64,000 nucleotides of DNA from contig CAWAUM010000003.1 of assembly GCA_963785235.1 (NCBI GenBank), positions 256,001-320,000 on the forward strand, written 5' to 3'. Origin of the DNA: an uncultured delta proteobacterium. Lineage in GTDB: Bacteria > Desulfobacterota > Desulfomonilia > UBA1062. Numbering within the stretch: position 1 is the first letter of the stretch; every line of letters starts with the position of its first letter. A program made the position numbers and the translations under genes. This document shows, piece after piece, positions 39,282-50,804 of the stretch. The notes under the pieces are model-generated. The model did not search any database. It had not been told where the DNA came from and worked only from the letters and a program-made list of their open reading frames with translations.

Positions 39282-39321
39282 GCGTCTATATATTGACGCA
39301 TATGATTTTGTATGGTATAGG
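39282..39321 (+). promoter_or_regulatory. Sigma-70 promoter overlapped by a FleQ-box-like palindrome
   Basis: gcGTCTATATATTGACgc palindrome overlapping TTGACG-N17-TATAGG. Confidence 0.5.
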
Positions 39322-39335
39322 TACTCTACAAATTT

Positions 39336-40739
39336 ATGGGTAATCAATCTATACTCATTGTAGACGATGAGATCCAGAATCGAGAGTACCTTTCTGAGAT
39401 CCTCTCCGATGAGGGATACGCCATCACTACCGCCGTCAGCGGTAATGACGCCATCAATAAGCTTACACAGGATTCATTCCAGGTGGTGCTCACTGATCTC
39501 CAGATGCCTGATATTGACGGGCTCGGTGTAATTAAATACCTCATAGATAACTCTCTGAATACCATCGGCATCCTGTATACGGGCTATGCCTCGGTAAAAA
39601 CGGCAGTCGATGCCATGAAACTCGGGGCCTTTGACTACATCACCAAGCCCTTCAAGGCCGAAGAGATAAAGGTGGTAGTCAAAAAGGCGCTGGACCACCT
39701 CGCTTTGCAGGAGGAGAACACCTATCTGAAACAGCAGCTCAAGGCCCGTTACAAGTTCGAGAACATCGTGGGGACTTCCGACAAGATGCAGAAGGTCTTC
39801 AGCCTCATCGACAAGGTCGCCTCTACAGACTCCACAGTCCTGATACTTGGGGAATCGGGAACAGGCAAAGAGCTTGTTGCACGGGCACTGCATTATAATT
39901 CCATGAGATCCACCAATGCATTTGTCCCAGTGAACTGCGGAGCCATTCCTGAAGAGCTGCTGGAGAGCGAACTCTTCGGACATGAAAAAGGTGCCTTCAC
40001 CGGCGCATTCAGGACAAGGATCGGCAGATTCGAGCTTGCCTGCGGAGGCAGTATATTCCTGGATGAAATCTCCGAGATGAGCCCGAACCTCCAGGTAAAA
40101 CTGCTCAGAGTCATCCAGGAGCGCGAGTTCGAGCGCGTCGGCGGAGTAAAGACCATCAGGGTTGATGTACGGATCATCGCTGCAACGAACAAGAACCTCG
40201 AAGAAGAAGTTGGGCAAGGCAGATTCCGGGAAGACCTCTACTACCGGCTCAATGTCATACCTGTTCAGCTCCCCCCTCTGAGGGAAAGGACTGATGACAT
40301 ACCGCTGCTCATCAAACACTTCCTTGATAAATTTTTAAACGGCAAGTCGTCCAAAAAGGTAGAATTCAGCAAGAAGACGATACCCGCACTCATGCGCTAT
40401 CGCTGGCCCGGCAATGTACGCGAGCTGGAAAACCTGGTTGAACGCATGTTTGTTTTAAGCGATTCTCCCATTATTGATATTGCAGACCTGCCGGAGAAAG
40501 TACTCACCGGGGCCACACTGGAAGCATCGGCAACCCCCCAGTTCGATCTGCCCGAGACAGGCATCGACCTTTCCTCAGCAGTCAATGAATTCGAGAGAAG
40601 CATCATCGTCCAGGCCCTCAATAAGAGTAATTGGGTTAAAAACCGTGCAGCTAAACTCCTCCATGTGAACAGAACTACGCTGGTGGAAAAGATCAAGAAA
40701 CAGAAACTCCAGAAACCATCAGAATCAAATATCAGCTGA
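39336..40739 (+). CDS. Sigma-54-dependent response regulator, FleQ/FlrA-like flagellar regulator
   Basis: Receiver, GAFTGA, HTH ending NRTTLVEK; heads the flagellar cluster. Confidence 0.85.
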   Translation: MGNQSILIVDDEIQNREYLSEILSDEGYAITTAVSGNDAINKLTQDSFQVVLTDLQMPDIDGLGVIKYLIDNSLNTIGILYTGYASVKTAVDAMKLGAFDYITKPFKAEEIKVVVKKALDHLALQEENTYLKQQLKARYKFENIVGTSDKMQKVFSLIDKVASTDSTVLILGESGTGKELVARALHYNSMRSTNAFVPVNCGAIPEELLESELFGHEKGAFTGAFRTRIGRFELACGGSIFLDEISEMSPNLQVKLLRVIQEREFERVGGVKTIRVDVRIIAATNKNLEEEVGQGRFREDLYYRLNVIPVQLPPLRERTDDIPLLIKHFLDKFLNGKSSKKVEFSKKTIPALMRYRWPGNVRELENLVERMFVLSDSPIIDIADLPEKVLTGATLEASATPQFDLPETGIDLSSAVNEFERSIIVQALNKSNWVKNRAAKLLHVNRTTLVEKIKKQKLQKPSESNIS

Positions 40740-40818
40740 CTCAACCCCCCCACTTCGCCCTGAAAAACGCATCTGATCTTGATTGCAAAGACTATTGCAC
40801 AGCTATAAAAAAACCTTA

Positions 40819-40869
40819 CCCGTTCAAATCATGCATCTCGGCTTCACCGAGATGCATGATTTGAACGGG
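40819..40869. repeat. Short palindromic element: perfect 23-bp arms, 5-nt loop
   Basis: cccgttcaaatcatgcatctcgg-cttca-ccgagatgcatgatttgaacggg. Confidence 0.85.
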
Positions 40870-41044
40870 CCAATTTTTGTTGCATCCCAAAAGTTTTTAG
40901 GTTGTGGAATGGTCTGAACCTAATGCAAGCTGCTCATAAGCTTTTTGTTACATTCCTTTCATACTTGGTTGTTCAAGTTCTAGGGGAATGATGGTTACCG
41001 CAGGAGTCTTTTGCAAGCAGATCAAGCCCACCTTCAAGGAAATA

Positions 41045-41060
41045 TGGCACGAAAGTTGTA
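41045..41060 (+). promoter_or_regulatory. Putative sigma-54 promoter
   Basis: TGGCACG-AAAG-TTGTA, one mismatch to TGGCACGN4TTGC. Confidence 0.55.
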
Positions 41061-41070
41061 TTTTCATGCC

Positions 41071-43728
41071 GTGGTGAAGAACAATAGCCCTATTAAAAGT
41101 ATACTGAAGACGGTCCTATACCGTGTCCTGGTGATCGCATGTCTATCAGCCGCTCATGCAGGGCCGGCGTGCGCAGCAGGTATATATGTGGGGGGCTCGG
41201 AGAATGTCACCAGGATCATCTTCAACCTGATTGATGTGGTGGCTGTTGCCCCTGATGTATCTGAACAAAACCAGACACTGATCGTCAATTTTCCCCACAC
41301 TGTTGCTGATCCACAAGCCTTCCAGGATCAGTTTATGATCAAAGGGCTAACCTTTGACGGTACAAAGGCGACCATTACCATAAAAACCCCGTATACCTAC
41401 CAGGTCTCTACCAGACAGAGTCCACCTTCCGTGGTTATCGATTTTACTGCCAAGAAAGAGCCAAAGGCCCTTTGCCCTATCAAACGAATCGATGTCATAC
41501 CCGGCAAGGTTCTCTTGAGTGTATCCATGAGCATCGAACCGGACATGCTCCCTGAGGTTCGAACCACCAAGTCCGGAAGGATTTACATCCATTTTCCAAC
41601 AGATTTCCCCTGCGACACCATGGAGAAACTCCTCGCACCTATACCGCAGCTGAAGTTCGGCAGTGTCATGAAGATGTTATCCGGCACCTTGCTCACATTA
41701 CATATCACTGAGCAGTATACCCTCATGAAAACACGCACCGACAAAGAGAAAAGCCGTATCATCTTTGAGATCAGAGCCACAAATGCGTCGTCTCCAGAGA
41801 CCAGATACCTGAGCGCAAAAAACCTGTTCAGCGCAGGCAATATCGCCGGCGTGATCACGGTATTGGAGCCTGTGGTTCAACTACTTGATGCCAAAGAGAA
41901 GATACTCCTTGCCCGCTCATACTGGGCACTGGCATTTCCATACCAGACTCTGAGCAGCGCCACCAAGGCGCTTACCATGATGAATGCCGCCATTGATAAG
42001 CTCCCGGATGGTTTGGATCGTGAACGGATTATGCTCGAATACTGCTCCATGCTTATAAACTCAGGCCTTTCCAATCAAGCCCTTGAGCCGGTTAAGACAC
42101 TGAAGAAGTCTGCATGGGATGATATCAAGACAGAGGCCGACATCAGGGAAATAGATATATTAAACCATAATGGTGCTTATCAGGACGCCTATGCCGCCAA
42201 TAAACGACTGATAAACGAACTTGGCCAATCTGGAGTTCCTGCAGTGCTGAAAACAACATACCTGATCGTGACAGCAGAAACCTATCTCGGATTAAATGAT
42301 TATTCAAAGGCATTTGCAATCTACCAAGAGGCCCTCGCTGCAGACCCTGCACTCATCAGACAGTTCCCGGGATTGTATGCTCATGTAGGCGAGGCTTCAT
42401 TCAAGATGAACGATTTCACACAGGCAAAAGACTACCTTATCCAGGCATTCAACCTTGGTGATCCCTCAGGCAAACAGAAGTACCTCCTCATGCTGGGCGA
42501 CTGTCTTTATCAGATAGGCGAAAAAGATAAGGCACTGGTAGCCTTCACCCAGGTGGAAAGTCTGACATCAACGGGAGAAAACCTTGTAATAGCCAAGCTC
42601 AAGTCGGCACGAATCATCATAGAAAAAAACACGGATGAACATGGCAAATTGTCCGACAGGGCATTCATGGAGGTTATGGACATCTATGAAACGCTGAAAA
42701 CCATGGAAGAATATAAAGACAAATCCCTGGCCTCACTGGTGAAGGTCCGAATAGCCCAGGCCTATGCAAAGCACGGCCAGTCGGATAAGGCCCTTGATAC
42801 CTACCTTGAGGTATGGCTGAATACGAAGAAGACCGATACGATCCATCATTATGCACAGGTGGAGGCATTAAGGAGTATTATTGAAAGGGTCCGCGTCCTC
42901 CATCGGGACTCAAAGAATGATCAGATCTATGTAATTTATACCCGCTACCAGAAAAACTTCATCAAGGAGCTTTCAGACAGCGCCACACTTTTCATCATAG
43001 GAGACGCACTGAATCGTCTTGGCCATTCAGATAAGGCCAGGGCAGTGCTCGAAAAATCCACCAGAGAAGAATCCCCGTATAAAGAGCAGGCGCTCTATCT
43101 TCTTTTTGGAATCAATATCAAACAGGGCAGATATCAGGAGGCCCTGATCTGGAATACACTGTACCTTACTAACTATCCCACGGGCAAAGACATAGGGATT
43201 ATCAGAGACCGTCGTGGCGAGGTGCTCTATATGCTGGGCAGTCTCAAAGAGTCCTTACCCTACCTTGAGGCCTCGGCAAACAGCGACAGCCCACTGGCAT
43301 TAAACTCGCTTTCATATCTTGTAGGCGCATATCAGAGGCTCGGCTTGGGCCAGTTGGAAGAACAGACCCTGGAGAGGATCATCTCTTATCACGGCAAGCG
43401 GATCTCGCCAATTATAGAGGATGCCCTTTATCTCAGGGCAACCCAACTCAAAGGCAAAGGCGATGTAGCCAGGGCAAAGACCTTCTACCAGATCCTGCTC
43501 GATACCTATCCCAAATCATCACATGCCTACTGGGCCATGTATCATCTTTCGCAAATCGCATATACCCTTGGAGATCAGACTACAGCGAAGAACCTTCTCA
43601 CAAATGTCATCCGTCTTACCAAGGACCCTCTCCTGATGTCCGCAGCACGCCTAGCTTCAAACGATATGGACCTGCAAAAAGATATTACGAGGTTCAATGC
43701 GGAAAAAGCCCGGATGGGGGGACAATAG
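41071..43728 (+). CDS. Large exported tetratricopeptide-repeat protein in the flagellar cluster (start uncertain)
   Basis: Signal-like N-terminus, beta-rich N-domains, many TPR helices (LGDCLYQIGE.DKA..AF; YP.S..A..A.Y). Confidence 0.75.
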   Translation: MVKNNSPIKSILKTVLYRVLVIACLSAAHAGPACAAGIYVGGSENVTRIIFNLIDVVAVAPDVSEQNQTLIVNFPHTVADPQAFQDQFMIKGLTFDGTKATITIKTPYTYQVSTRQSPPSVVIDFTAKKEPKALCPIKRIDVIPGKVLLSVSMSIEPDMLPEVRTTKSGRIYIHFPTDFPCDTMEKLLAPIPQLKFGSVMKMLSGTLLTLHITEQYTLMKTRTDKEKSRIIFEIRATNASSPETRYLSAKNLFSAGNIAGVITVLEPVVQLLDAKEKILLARSYWALAFPYQTLSSATKALTMMNAAIDKLPDGLDRERIMLEYCSMLINSGLSNQALEPVKTLKKSAWDDIKTEADIREIDILNHNGAYQDAYAANKRLINELGQSGVPAVLKTTYLIVTAETYLGLNDYSKAFAIYQEALAADPALIRQFPGLYAHVGEASFKMNDFTQAKDYLIQAFNLGDPSGKQKYLLMLGDCLYQIGEKDKALVAFTQVESLTSTGENLVIAKLKSARIIIEKNTDEHGKLSDRAFMEVMDIYETLKTMEEYKDKSLASLVKVRIAQAYAKHGQSDKALDTYLEVWLNTKKTDTIHHYAQVEALRSIIERVRVLHRDSKNDQIYVIYTRYQKNFIKELSDSATLFIIGDALNRLGHSDKARAVLEKSTREESPYKEQALYLLFGINIKQGRYQEALIWNTLYLTNYPTGKDIGIIRDRRGEVLYMLGSLKESLPYLEASANSDSPLALNSLSYLVGAYQRLGLGQLEEQTLERIISYHGKRISPIIEDALYLRATQLKGKGDVARAKTFYQILLDTYPKSSHAYWAMYHLSQIAYTLGDQTTAKNLLTNVIRLTKDPLLMSAARLASNDMDLQKDITRFNAEKARMGGQ

Positions 43729-43732
43729 GGCT

Positions 43733-45076
43733 ATGGGAATCGCCATCTTGGATCGTGACAAAGAGACGGTGAATATCCTTGCAGAGCTCATTGCCGAGCA
43801 GGGTGAATCTCCATCACCCTACACGGACAAAGATAAGTTTCTGGAGATGATCGATCCTAAAAATCACAGTATGGCGATCATTTCGGATGAATTTGTCGAC
43901 GTAATCGAAGGCACGAAACAGGTGTACGATTCCATAGAGATAGTGGCAATCGGCATGAAAGACGGCTCTGCATGCCTGAAGGCAGGGGCCTCATACTATT
44001 TAAAAAAACCCTTCAGGGCCGATGAAATGGTGAGCGTCATCGAGGCACTGAAGACCCCGAAAGGTCAAAAATCCAACAATCCGGACACATCATTTATTGT
44101 GGCCGATCCTTCCATGAGGGGGATCGTGGAGATAATCCGGAAGGTCGCTCCCACTCAAGCCTCTATCTTTATCCAGGGAGAGTCGGGTACGGGCAAGGAA
44201 GTAATTGCCAGGAACATCCATGCCTTGAGCAAACGGAAAAGCGGGCCTTATGTGGGTATTAACCTTGCAGCCATCCCTGATACACTGCTTGAAAGTGAGC
44301 TCTTCGGCTATGAGAAGGGCGCATTCACCGGGGCATACACCACCCGGATCGGCAGGTTCGAACAGGCGGATTGCGGTACTATTCTGCTGGACGAGGTAAC
44401 CGAGATCACCCCGGCCTTGCAGGCAAAGCTCCTGCGGGTCCTGCAGGAAAGGCAGATAGACCGTGTAGGCGGAAAGGCCCCCATCAAAGTGGACTTCCGT
44501 GTGATCTCCACCACCAACAGGGATATCGAAGAAGAAATAAATGCCGGGAGATTCAGGCACGACCTCTTCTTCCGGTTGAACGTGATCCCCATTAAGATCC
44601 CTCCCTTGAGACAGCGCAATGAAGACATCATCCCTTTAGCCACCCACTTCATCAAGGCGATAGCCTCCCGGGAAGACATGCCCGGAAAAGTGCTTAGTAA
44701 AGAGGCAAAAGATGCCCTGTTGAAGTACCCCTGGCCCGGCAATGTGCGCGAGCTTGAAAACGTTGTCGAACGTGCCATGATCCTTACTGAAGGGAATATG
44801 ATATCTGCAGAACATTTGGCACTAAGTGGCGACGGACACTCAATATCGGCATCCATGCCTGCCCTGGGTACAACGATCCACGATATGGAAAAGAACCTTA
44901 TATTCTCAACATTAAAAAAGGTTGACGGCAACAGAACCAAGGCGGCAACACTGCTGGGCATCAGTATCCGGACCTTGCGGAACAAGCTGCATGAGTATAC
45001 CAACGGTGGTCAAAATTCTGACGATGAACCGGCAAAATCAGAGGGCCTAGACCCGGAAGAATCCCTGGAAACATGA
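43733..45076 (+). CDS. Sigma-54-dependent regulator, FlrC/FleR-like
   Basis: Divergent receiver, [29 protein letters not shown]; directly upstream of flgB. Confidence 0.85.
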   Translation: MGIAILDRDKETVNILAELIAEQGESPSPYTDKDKFLEMIDPKNHSMAIISDEFVDVIEGTKQVYDSIEIVAIGMKDGSACLKAGASYYLKKPFRADEMVSVIEALKTPKGQKSNNPDTSFIVADPSMRGIVEIIRKVAPTQASIFIQGESGTGKEVIARNIHALSKRKSGPYVGINLAAIPDTLLESELFGYEKGAFTGAYTTRIGRFEQADCGTILLDEVTEITPALQAKLLRVLQERQIDRVGGKAPIKVDFRVISTTNRDIEEEINAGRFRHDLFFRLNVIPIKIPPLRQRNEDIIPLATHFIKAIASREDMPGKVLSKEAKDALLKYPWPGNVRELENVVERAMILTEGNMISAEHLALSGDGHSISASMPALGTTIHDMEKNLIFSTLKKVDGNRTKAATLLGISIRTLRNKLHEYTNGGQNSDDEPAKSEGLDPEESLET

Positions 45077-45089
45077 GCCTTGGCCCCAT

Positions 45090-45105
45090 TGGTATGACAA
45101 TTGCT
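45090..45105 (+). promoter_or_regulatory. Sigma-54 promoter of the flgB operon
   Basis: TGGTAT-GACAA-TTGCT, correct GG-N10-GC spacing. Confidence 0.7.
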
Positions 45106-45129
45106 TTATAAAGCCCAAGGAGAATTCAT

Positions 45130-45513
45130 ATGGGCGATATCTTCGGAAAGATCATCTCGGAAGTAGCAGAGCACATGAATTACCGCACCTATCGTCAGGA
45201 AGTCATATCCGGCAACATCGCCAATGTGGACACCCCGGGCTACAAGGCCAAGGAAACCCTCTTTGAGAGTGAACTGGATTCCAGATTAAAACTCGCTACC
45301 ACAAGCCAGCAGCACCTGAAGAAATCACCCTCTGAAGGCCTTTACCGTACCGTGGATGACCCGTTCTCAAGGATCGGCAACGACTCCAACACCGTGGATA
45401 TCGACCGGGAAATGATGAAGCTCAACCAGAACCAGCTCCTCTATACCGCATCGGCAGATATCATCGCTGCCAAGCTCGATCAGCTCAAAACCACCATAGG
45501 AGGCATCTCGTAA
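45130..45513 (+). CDS. flgB: Flagellar basal-body rod protein FlgB
   Basis: RQEVISGNIANVDTPGYKA, D.NTVDIDREM. Confidence 0.92.
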   Translation: MGDIFGKIISEVAEHMNYRTYRQEVISGNIANVDTPGYKAKETLFESELDSRLKLATTSQQHLKKSPSEGLYRTVDDPFSRIGNDSNTVDIDREMMKLNQNQLLYTASADIIAAKLDQLKTTIGGIS

Positions 45514-45918
45514 TGGACCTTATTCACAGCCATGGACATTAGTGCGAGCGGCCTGCGGGCACAGCGTACCAGGATGAACGTCATTTCCAGCAACATCGCC
45601 AACGCCCATACCACCCGTACCGATGAAGGAGGTCCCTACAAGCGCAGGGACGTTATCCTCAGGTCGAACTCCTTCGAAGGCCAACTTACAAGCGTTGAAG
45701 TAGAGGCTATCCAGACCAATCCCACCCCTGGCGAACGCCTCTATGACCCGGGAAATCCGGATGCAGACGATCAGGGCTATGTTACCATGCCCAATGTGAA
45801 CCTCATGGAAGAAATGGTGAACATGATGAATGCCACCAGGGCCTTTGAAGCCAACACAATTGCCGTGAAGGCACAGAAGGATATGGCGCTCAAAGCGCTG
45901 AATATCGGCGGGAGGTAA
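45513..45918 (+). CDS. flgC: Flagellar basal-body rod protein FlgC (probable indel after first codons)
   Basis: ISASGLRAQRTRMNVISSNIAN, PYKRR, P.A...GYV.MPNVN. Confidence 0.92.
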
Positions 45919-46208
45919 TGATGCGTATCGAAAATCCAAGTTTCACCATAACAAGCACTCTTCCGTCTCAGGGAAAAACAACGGCAAAAGGCCTTGATTT
46001 TGTTGATACCCTCAAGGAGACTATCGATTCCGCGAATAAACTCGCAAAGGAATCCGAAAAGGCGGCGCTGGACCTCTCATCCGGCAAGTCTGCCAATATC
46101 CATGAGGCCATGATTGCCATGCAGAAGGCAGACATATCTTTGAGGCTCCTTGTGAAAATGACCAATAAAATCATTGAGGGCTATAACGAGCTCAATAGGT
46201 TGAGATAA
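45918..46208 (+). CDS. fliE: Flagellar hook-basal body protein FliE
   Basis: IHEAMIAMQKA.ISL...NK..E.Y.E. Confidence 0.9.
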   Translation: MMRIENPSFTITSTLPSQGKTTAKGLDFVDTLKETIDSANKLAKESEKAALDLSSGKSANIHEAMIAMQKADISLRLLVKMTNKIIEGYNELNRLR

Positions 46209-46210
46209 CC

Positions 46211-47828
46211 ATGATAAACTTCATTAAACAGCTTCCTGCAAAATTCGGCGCCATGAGCATGGGCCAGAGGTTCGGCCTTCTGGCCGTGAGCGGCCTGGCT
46301 GTGGCGGTTATAGTGGTAAGCCTCATGTGGGCCACGGCCCCCAAGTATCAGTACCTCTTCACCGACCTGGCCGAACAGGATGCCTCACTGATCGTCCAGG
46401 ATCTGAAGGAGAGCCGTATACCCTATCAGCTGACCAAGGGCGGCACTTCCATCATGATACCTGAGGCCAATGTCTACGAAACACGCCTTGCTCTTGCAGC
46501 CAAAGGGCTGCCCAAGGGCGGTGTGGGCAAGGGATTTGCACTCTTCGATGAAACGGACTTCTCCCAGTCAGAGTTCGTCCAGAAGATCAATTATCAAAGG
46601 GCTCTGCAGAACGAACTGGTCAATACCATCATGGCACTTGAAGAAGTGGCCTTTGCGCGTGTCCATATAGCCATGCCCAAAGAAAGCGTTTTCATCGAGG
46701 ACGAGAAGCCGGCAAAGGCGTCCATAGTCATCAAGACCAAACCCGGGATGCAGATGAGCCCCTCCCAGGTCCAGGGTATCGTGTATCTCGTGGAAAAGAG
46801 CGTGACGGGGTCTGGGCGCTGAGAATATCAGCATCGTAGACATCAAGGGCAAGATCCTCTATGAGGGAAAGAAGGACTCCGATTCAGTGGCCCTTGCCGG
46901 TGACCGGCTAGAATACAAGCGGGCCATTGAAAATCAGCTCCAGGAAAGGGCGCAGGGCCTCCTTGAAAAGATCGTAGGGCCGCAGGCTGCCATGGTAAAG
47001 GTAAGCGCGGATGTAAACATGGACATGGTCAAGAATGTCCAGGACACATACGACCCCGAGGTCCATGTTGTCCGTTCTGAAGAGGTCAAGAACCAGTATG
47101 CCGGCGCTGACAAGAACGCAAAAGGCGCTGCAGGAACGCCTTCCAACCTGCCTACAGGAAAGGGGGGCCCAGACGCGATCCCGCCGAACGGTACGGCAGG
47201 TGGAGAAAGTGTAGTCCGCAATTATGAGATCGGCAGAAACCAGACGGAACGTATATTATCCCCAGGCGATGTCAAGCGATTGACAGTGTCGGTTGTGGTT
47301 GACGGGACATATAAAACCGACAAGGCCGGAAACAAGCTTTTCGCACCCAGACAGGCCTCGGAACTAAAAGATATTGAGAACGCCGTAAGGCATGCGGTTG
47401 GATTCAATGCGGACCGGGAAGACATGATTTCGGTGTCCTGCATGCCTTTTGCCCAGGAAGACACTGACCTGAGTGCCTTATCGGACAAGGAAAAGAAAAA
47501 GGAATTCATCCTTTCTTTCATCAAACCTTTGATATTCCTTGTTATTGTTATACTTGTACTGCTCTTCATAGTACGACCAATGCTCAAGTGGCTCACAAAA
47601 TCCGTCCGGGTGGTTGAGCGGGTCCATGCACACGAAAGGGGTATTTCCATGGAGGAACAGGGTCTTCTCGAGAATAATGAAGATCTGCCGCAGCTCGAGG
47701 TTGCCCCAAAGAGCGAGGAAATGAAGCGGGCAGTCCAAGGCAAACGTAAGGCCATCGAGAATATCTTAAAGAATGACATGAACACCGCTACGGCGGTAGT
47801 GAAGTCCTGGCTGCAGGAGAGCGCATAA
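46211..47828 (+). CDS. fliF: Flagellar M-ring protein FliF, frameshifted near 46805
   Basis: GFALFD..F.QSEF.Q.INYQRALQNEL, ARVHI.MP; second ORF RLTVSVVVDG, AVGF...R.D, VKSWL. Confidence 0.9.
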
Positions 47829-48844
47829 TGGGCAAGCTCAAAAAGGTTGATGGCCCCCATAAGGCGGCCATCTTTCTCACGGCAATGGGTGACGATTTCA
47901 CCAGGTCCGTATTCAAAGGATTGACCGACCACGAGATAAGACTGCTTGGAAGAGGAATGGCAAACCTCGAAGACGTGACGATCCCGGTGGGAACGGTCCA
48001 GAACATTATGGACGAGTTCCAGCAACTCAGCGGGGAAGTGAGCGGTGTCACGGGAAAAGGCATTGACTACCTGAGGGATGCCCTTATTTCATCGCTGGGC
48101 GCTGATAAGGCCAAGCCTATCATGGACTCCATCTCTCAGGCCATGGATACCGCAGCCTTTTCCTCGCTCCGTACTATCGATCCAACTATCCTGGTTGACT
48201 ACCTCAAGGGTGAGCATCCCCAGACCATAGCCCTGGTGCTGGCTCATCTTGATCATTTAAAGGTCGCCCAGATCATCAAGGAACTGCCTGAAAAACTCCA
48301 GCCTGAGATCATCTTCCGCATCGCCAATTTAGGCATGGTGCCTTCCGGGGTCATTGAGGATGTGGATGACGTGCTCAAAAAAGAGATCGAGGCCATGGGG
48401 AGCGTGGAAAGCAAGAGGCTCGGCGGCATCGAGACCGTGGCCGAGATCATGAACCAGCTCGACCACAATACCGAGAACAATATATTCGGATCTCTTGAAG
48501 AGATCGATGCCGACCTGGCCGAAAACATCCGCCAGAAGATGTTCGTTTTCGAAGACCTCATCAACATCGATAACCGCGGCATCCAGACGATACTCAAGGA
48601 GATCACGAACGAGGATCTTTCGCTGGCGCTGAAGACTTCGAGCGAGACACTCAAGGGTCATATACTCAAGAACATGTCGTCCAGGGCATCCGAGATGCTC
48701 ATGGAGGATATGGAGACCATGGGTCCGGTGAAGCTCTCGGACGTGGAAACCGCCCAGCAGAATATCGTGCGTGTAGCCAGAAAGCTCGAAGCTGCAAACA
48801 AGATCGTAATAGGTGGAAAGGGTGGAGAGGATGTCCTCGTCTAG
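47828..48844 (+). CDS. fliG: Flagellar motor switch protein FliG
   Basis: KAAIFL, EHPQTIA, MFVFEDL, NMSSRA. Confidence 0.95.
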   Translation: MGKLKKVDGPHKAAIFLTAMGDDFTRSVFKGLTDHEIRLLGRGMANLEDVTIPVGTVQNIMDEFQQLSGEVSGVTGKGIDYLRDALISSLGADKAKPIMDSISQAMDTAAFSSLRTIDPTILVDYLKGEHPQTIALVLAHLDHLKVAQIIKELPEKLQPEIIFRIANLGMVPSGVIEDVDDVLKKEIEAMGSVESKRLGGIETVAEIMNQLDHNTENNIFGSLEEIDADLAENIRQKMFVFEDLINIDNRGIQTILKEITNEDLSLALKTSSETLKGHILKNMSSRASEMLMEDMETMGPVKLSDVETAQQNIVRVARKLEAANKIVIGGKGGEDVLV

Positions 48845-49475
48845 AATCATACGTGATAATGACCAGAAGGACTGTACTGTCACCCCCTATTGCGTCAAGG
48901 AGATGCAAGACAAGGGTAATCTAAGAGATATCCAATCCCAGGCAGAGGCTATCCTGAAAAAGGCCGGCGCTGAAAGAGAAGCCATCGAAATGGAGGCCTA
49001 TCGCAAAGGTCTTGAACAGGGTCAGACCCAGGGACAGATGATGGCGGTCAAGAGGATTGAGCCCCTTATCCTGACGCTTTCGCATACCATCGAAGAGCTG
49101 AAAAGGATGAGACATCTTATCATAGAAAAACATCAGGATCAGATCCTCGAAATACTCGTCCTCATCGCCGAGAAGGTCATCCACCGGGAGATCCAGCTCT
49201 CGCCTGACATCATCCTTGATACGGTCAGACATGCATGCACCTATCTTACAGAAACCGATGAGATCCGTCTGAGGGTTCATCCATCAGACTTTGAAAATAT
49301 CCGGGAGATTGAACGCATCATCTCAACACAACTCACCGGCAATGGAAGTATCCATTTTATTGAAGACACAACCATTGAACGCGGCGGCATTATCATCGAT
49401 ACGGAGTATGGTGAGATCGACGCGAGCCTACGATCCCAGATTGAACACATGAATGAGGTCCTGCTGGAAAAATGA
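48831..49475 (+). CDS. fliH: Flagellar assembly protein FliH
   Basis: AYRKGLEQG, RVHPSD, GGIIIDTEYGEIDAS. Confidence 0.88.
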   Translation: MSSSRIIRDNDQKDCTVTPYCVKEMQDKGNLRDIQSQAEAILKKAGAEREAIEMEAYRKGLEQGQTQGQMMAVKRIEPLILTLSHTIEELKRMRHLIIEKHQDQILEILVLIAEKVIHREIQLSPDIILDTVRHACTYLTETDEIRLRVHPSDFENIREIERIISTQLTGNGSIHFIEDTTIERGGIIIDTEYGEIDASLRSQIEHMNEVLLEK

Positions 49476-50804
49476 CAAACCTGAAAAGACATATCCTCGC
49501 CTTACATGAGATGGACCCAATCCAGGTCAGAGGCAAAGTAACAAACATCGTGGGCCTGGTGGTTGAAGGTCACGGCCCGGGAAGTTCCATGGGGGGCATG
49601 TGCGAAATCTATTCCAAGGCAAGAAAGAGCTCCATCATGGCCGAGGTTGTAGGCTTCAGGAACAAGCGTGTTCTGCTTGATGCCACTGGGTGACCTCAGT
49701 GGGATCGGCCCGGGAAGCGTGATCATTGCCCGAAAATCGCAGCCCATTGTCAAGGTCGGCAATGACATGCTCGGACGTGTCCTTGACGGGATGGGAGAGC
49801 CCTTGGACGGCAAGGGACCACTCATGCTCGATTCCGAGATGCCCCTGTACGGAAAACCCTATAATCCCTTAAAGAAACGGCGCATTGATGAGCCGCTCGA
49901 CCTTGGCATAAGGTCTATCAATGGCCTTCTGACCGTGGGAAAAGGCCAGCGCATGGCAATCATGGCAGGATCGGGCGTAGGGAAAAGCGTTCTCCTCGGG
50001 ATGATGGCACGCCACACCAAGGCGGATGTAAACGTGATTGCATTAATCGGTGAACGCGGCAGAGAGGTAAATGAGTTCCTGGAAAAAGATTTAGGCGAGG
50101 AAGGACTCAAGCGCTCCGTGGTAGTAACCGCCATATCGGACCAGCCGTCGCTTATCCGTATCAGGGGTGCGTATCTCGCCACTACTATTGCTGAGTATTT
50201 CAGAGACCAGGGCCTGGACGTGCTCCTCATGATGGATTCCGTTACACGCTTTGCCATGTCCATGCGGGAGATCGGCCTTGCCGTTGGAGAGCCTCCTACG
50301 ACCAAGGGATATACCCCATCCTGCTTCGCCAAGATGCCCAAACTCCTGGAGAGGGCTGGAAACACCTCATCAAAGGGGAGCATTACCGGGTTATATACCG
50401 TGCTCGTAGAGGGCGATGACCTTACTGAACCTGTAGCGGATACTGTCCGCTCCATCGTGGATGGCCACATAGTGCTTTCCCGTGACCTTGCGGCCAGAGG
50501 TCATTACCCTGCCGTAGACATCCTGCGCAGCGTGAGTCGGGTCATGAACGACATTGTGGATGCAAAACACCTCAGTGCAGCGCGGTCTATCCAGTCCATG
50601 ACCGCAGTGTATGAAGAGGCCCGCGACCTTATCAACATCGGGGCGTACGTGAAAGGCAATAATCCTGAAATCGACAATGCAATCCGCCACGTCGATTCCA
50701 TCAACAGCTTTCTGAAACAGGGCATCAATGAAAGGGCCGCGATTGAGCAGGCTGTGGCACAGATGGGTGCGATCATAGACGCAAAGCATGCGGGAAATGC
50801 TTAA
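49472..50804 (+). CDS. fliI: Flagellar export ATPase FliI, frameshifted near 49675
   Basis: AEVVGF; AGSGVGKS, IGERGREV, DSVTRFA, DGHIVLSR. Confidence 0.92.
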
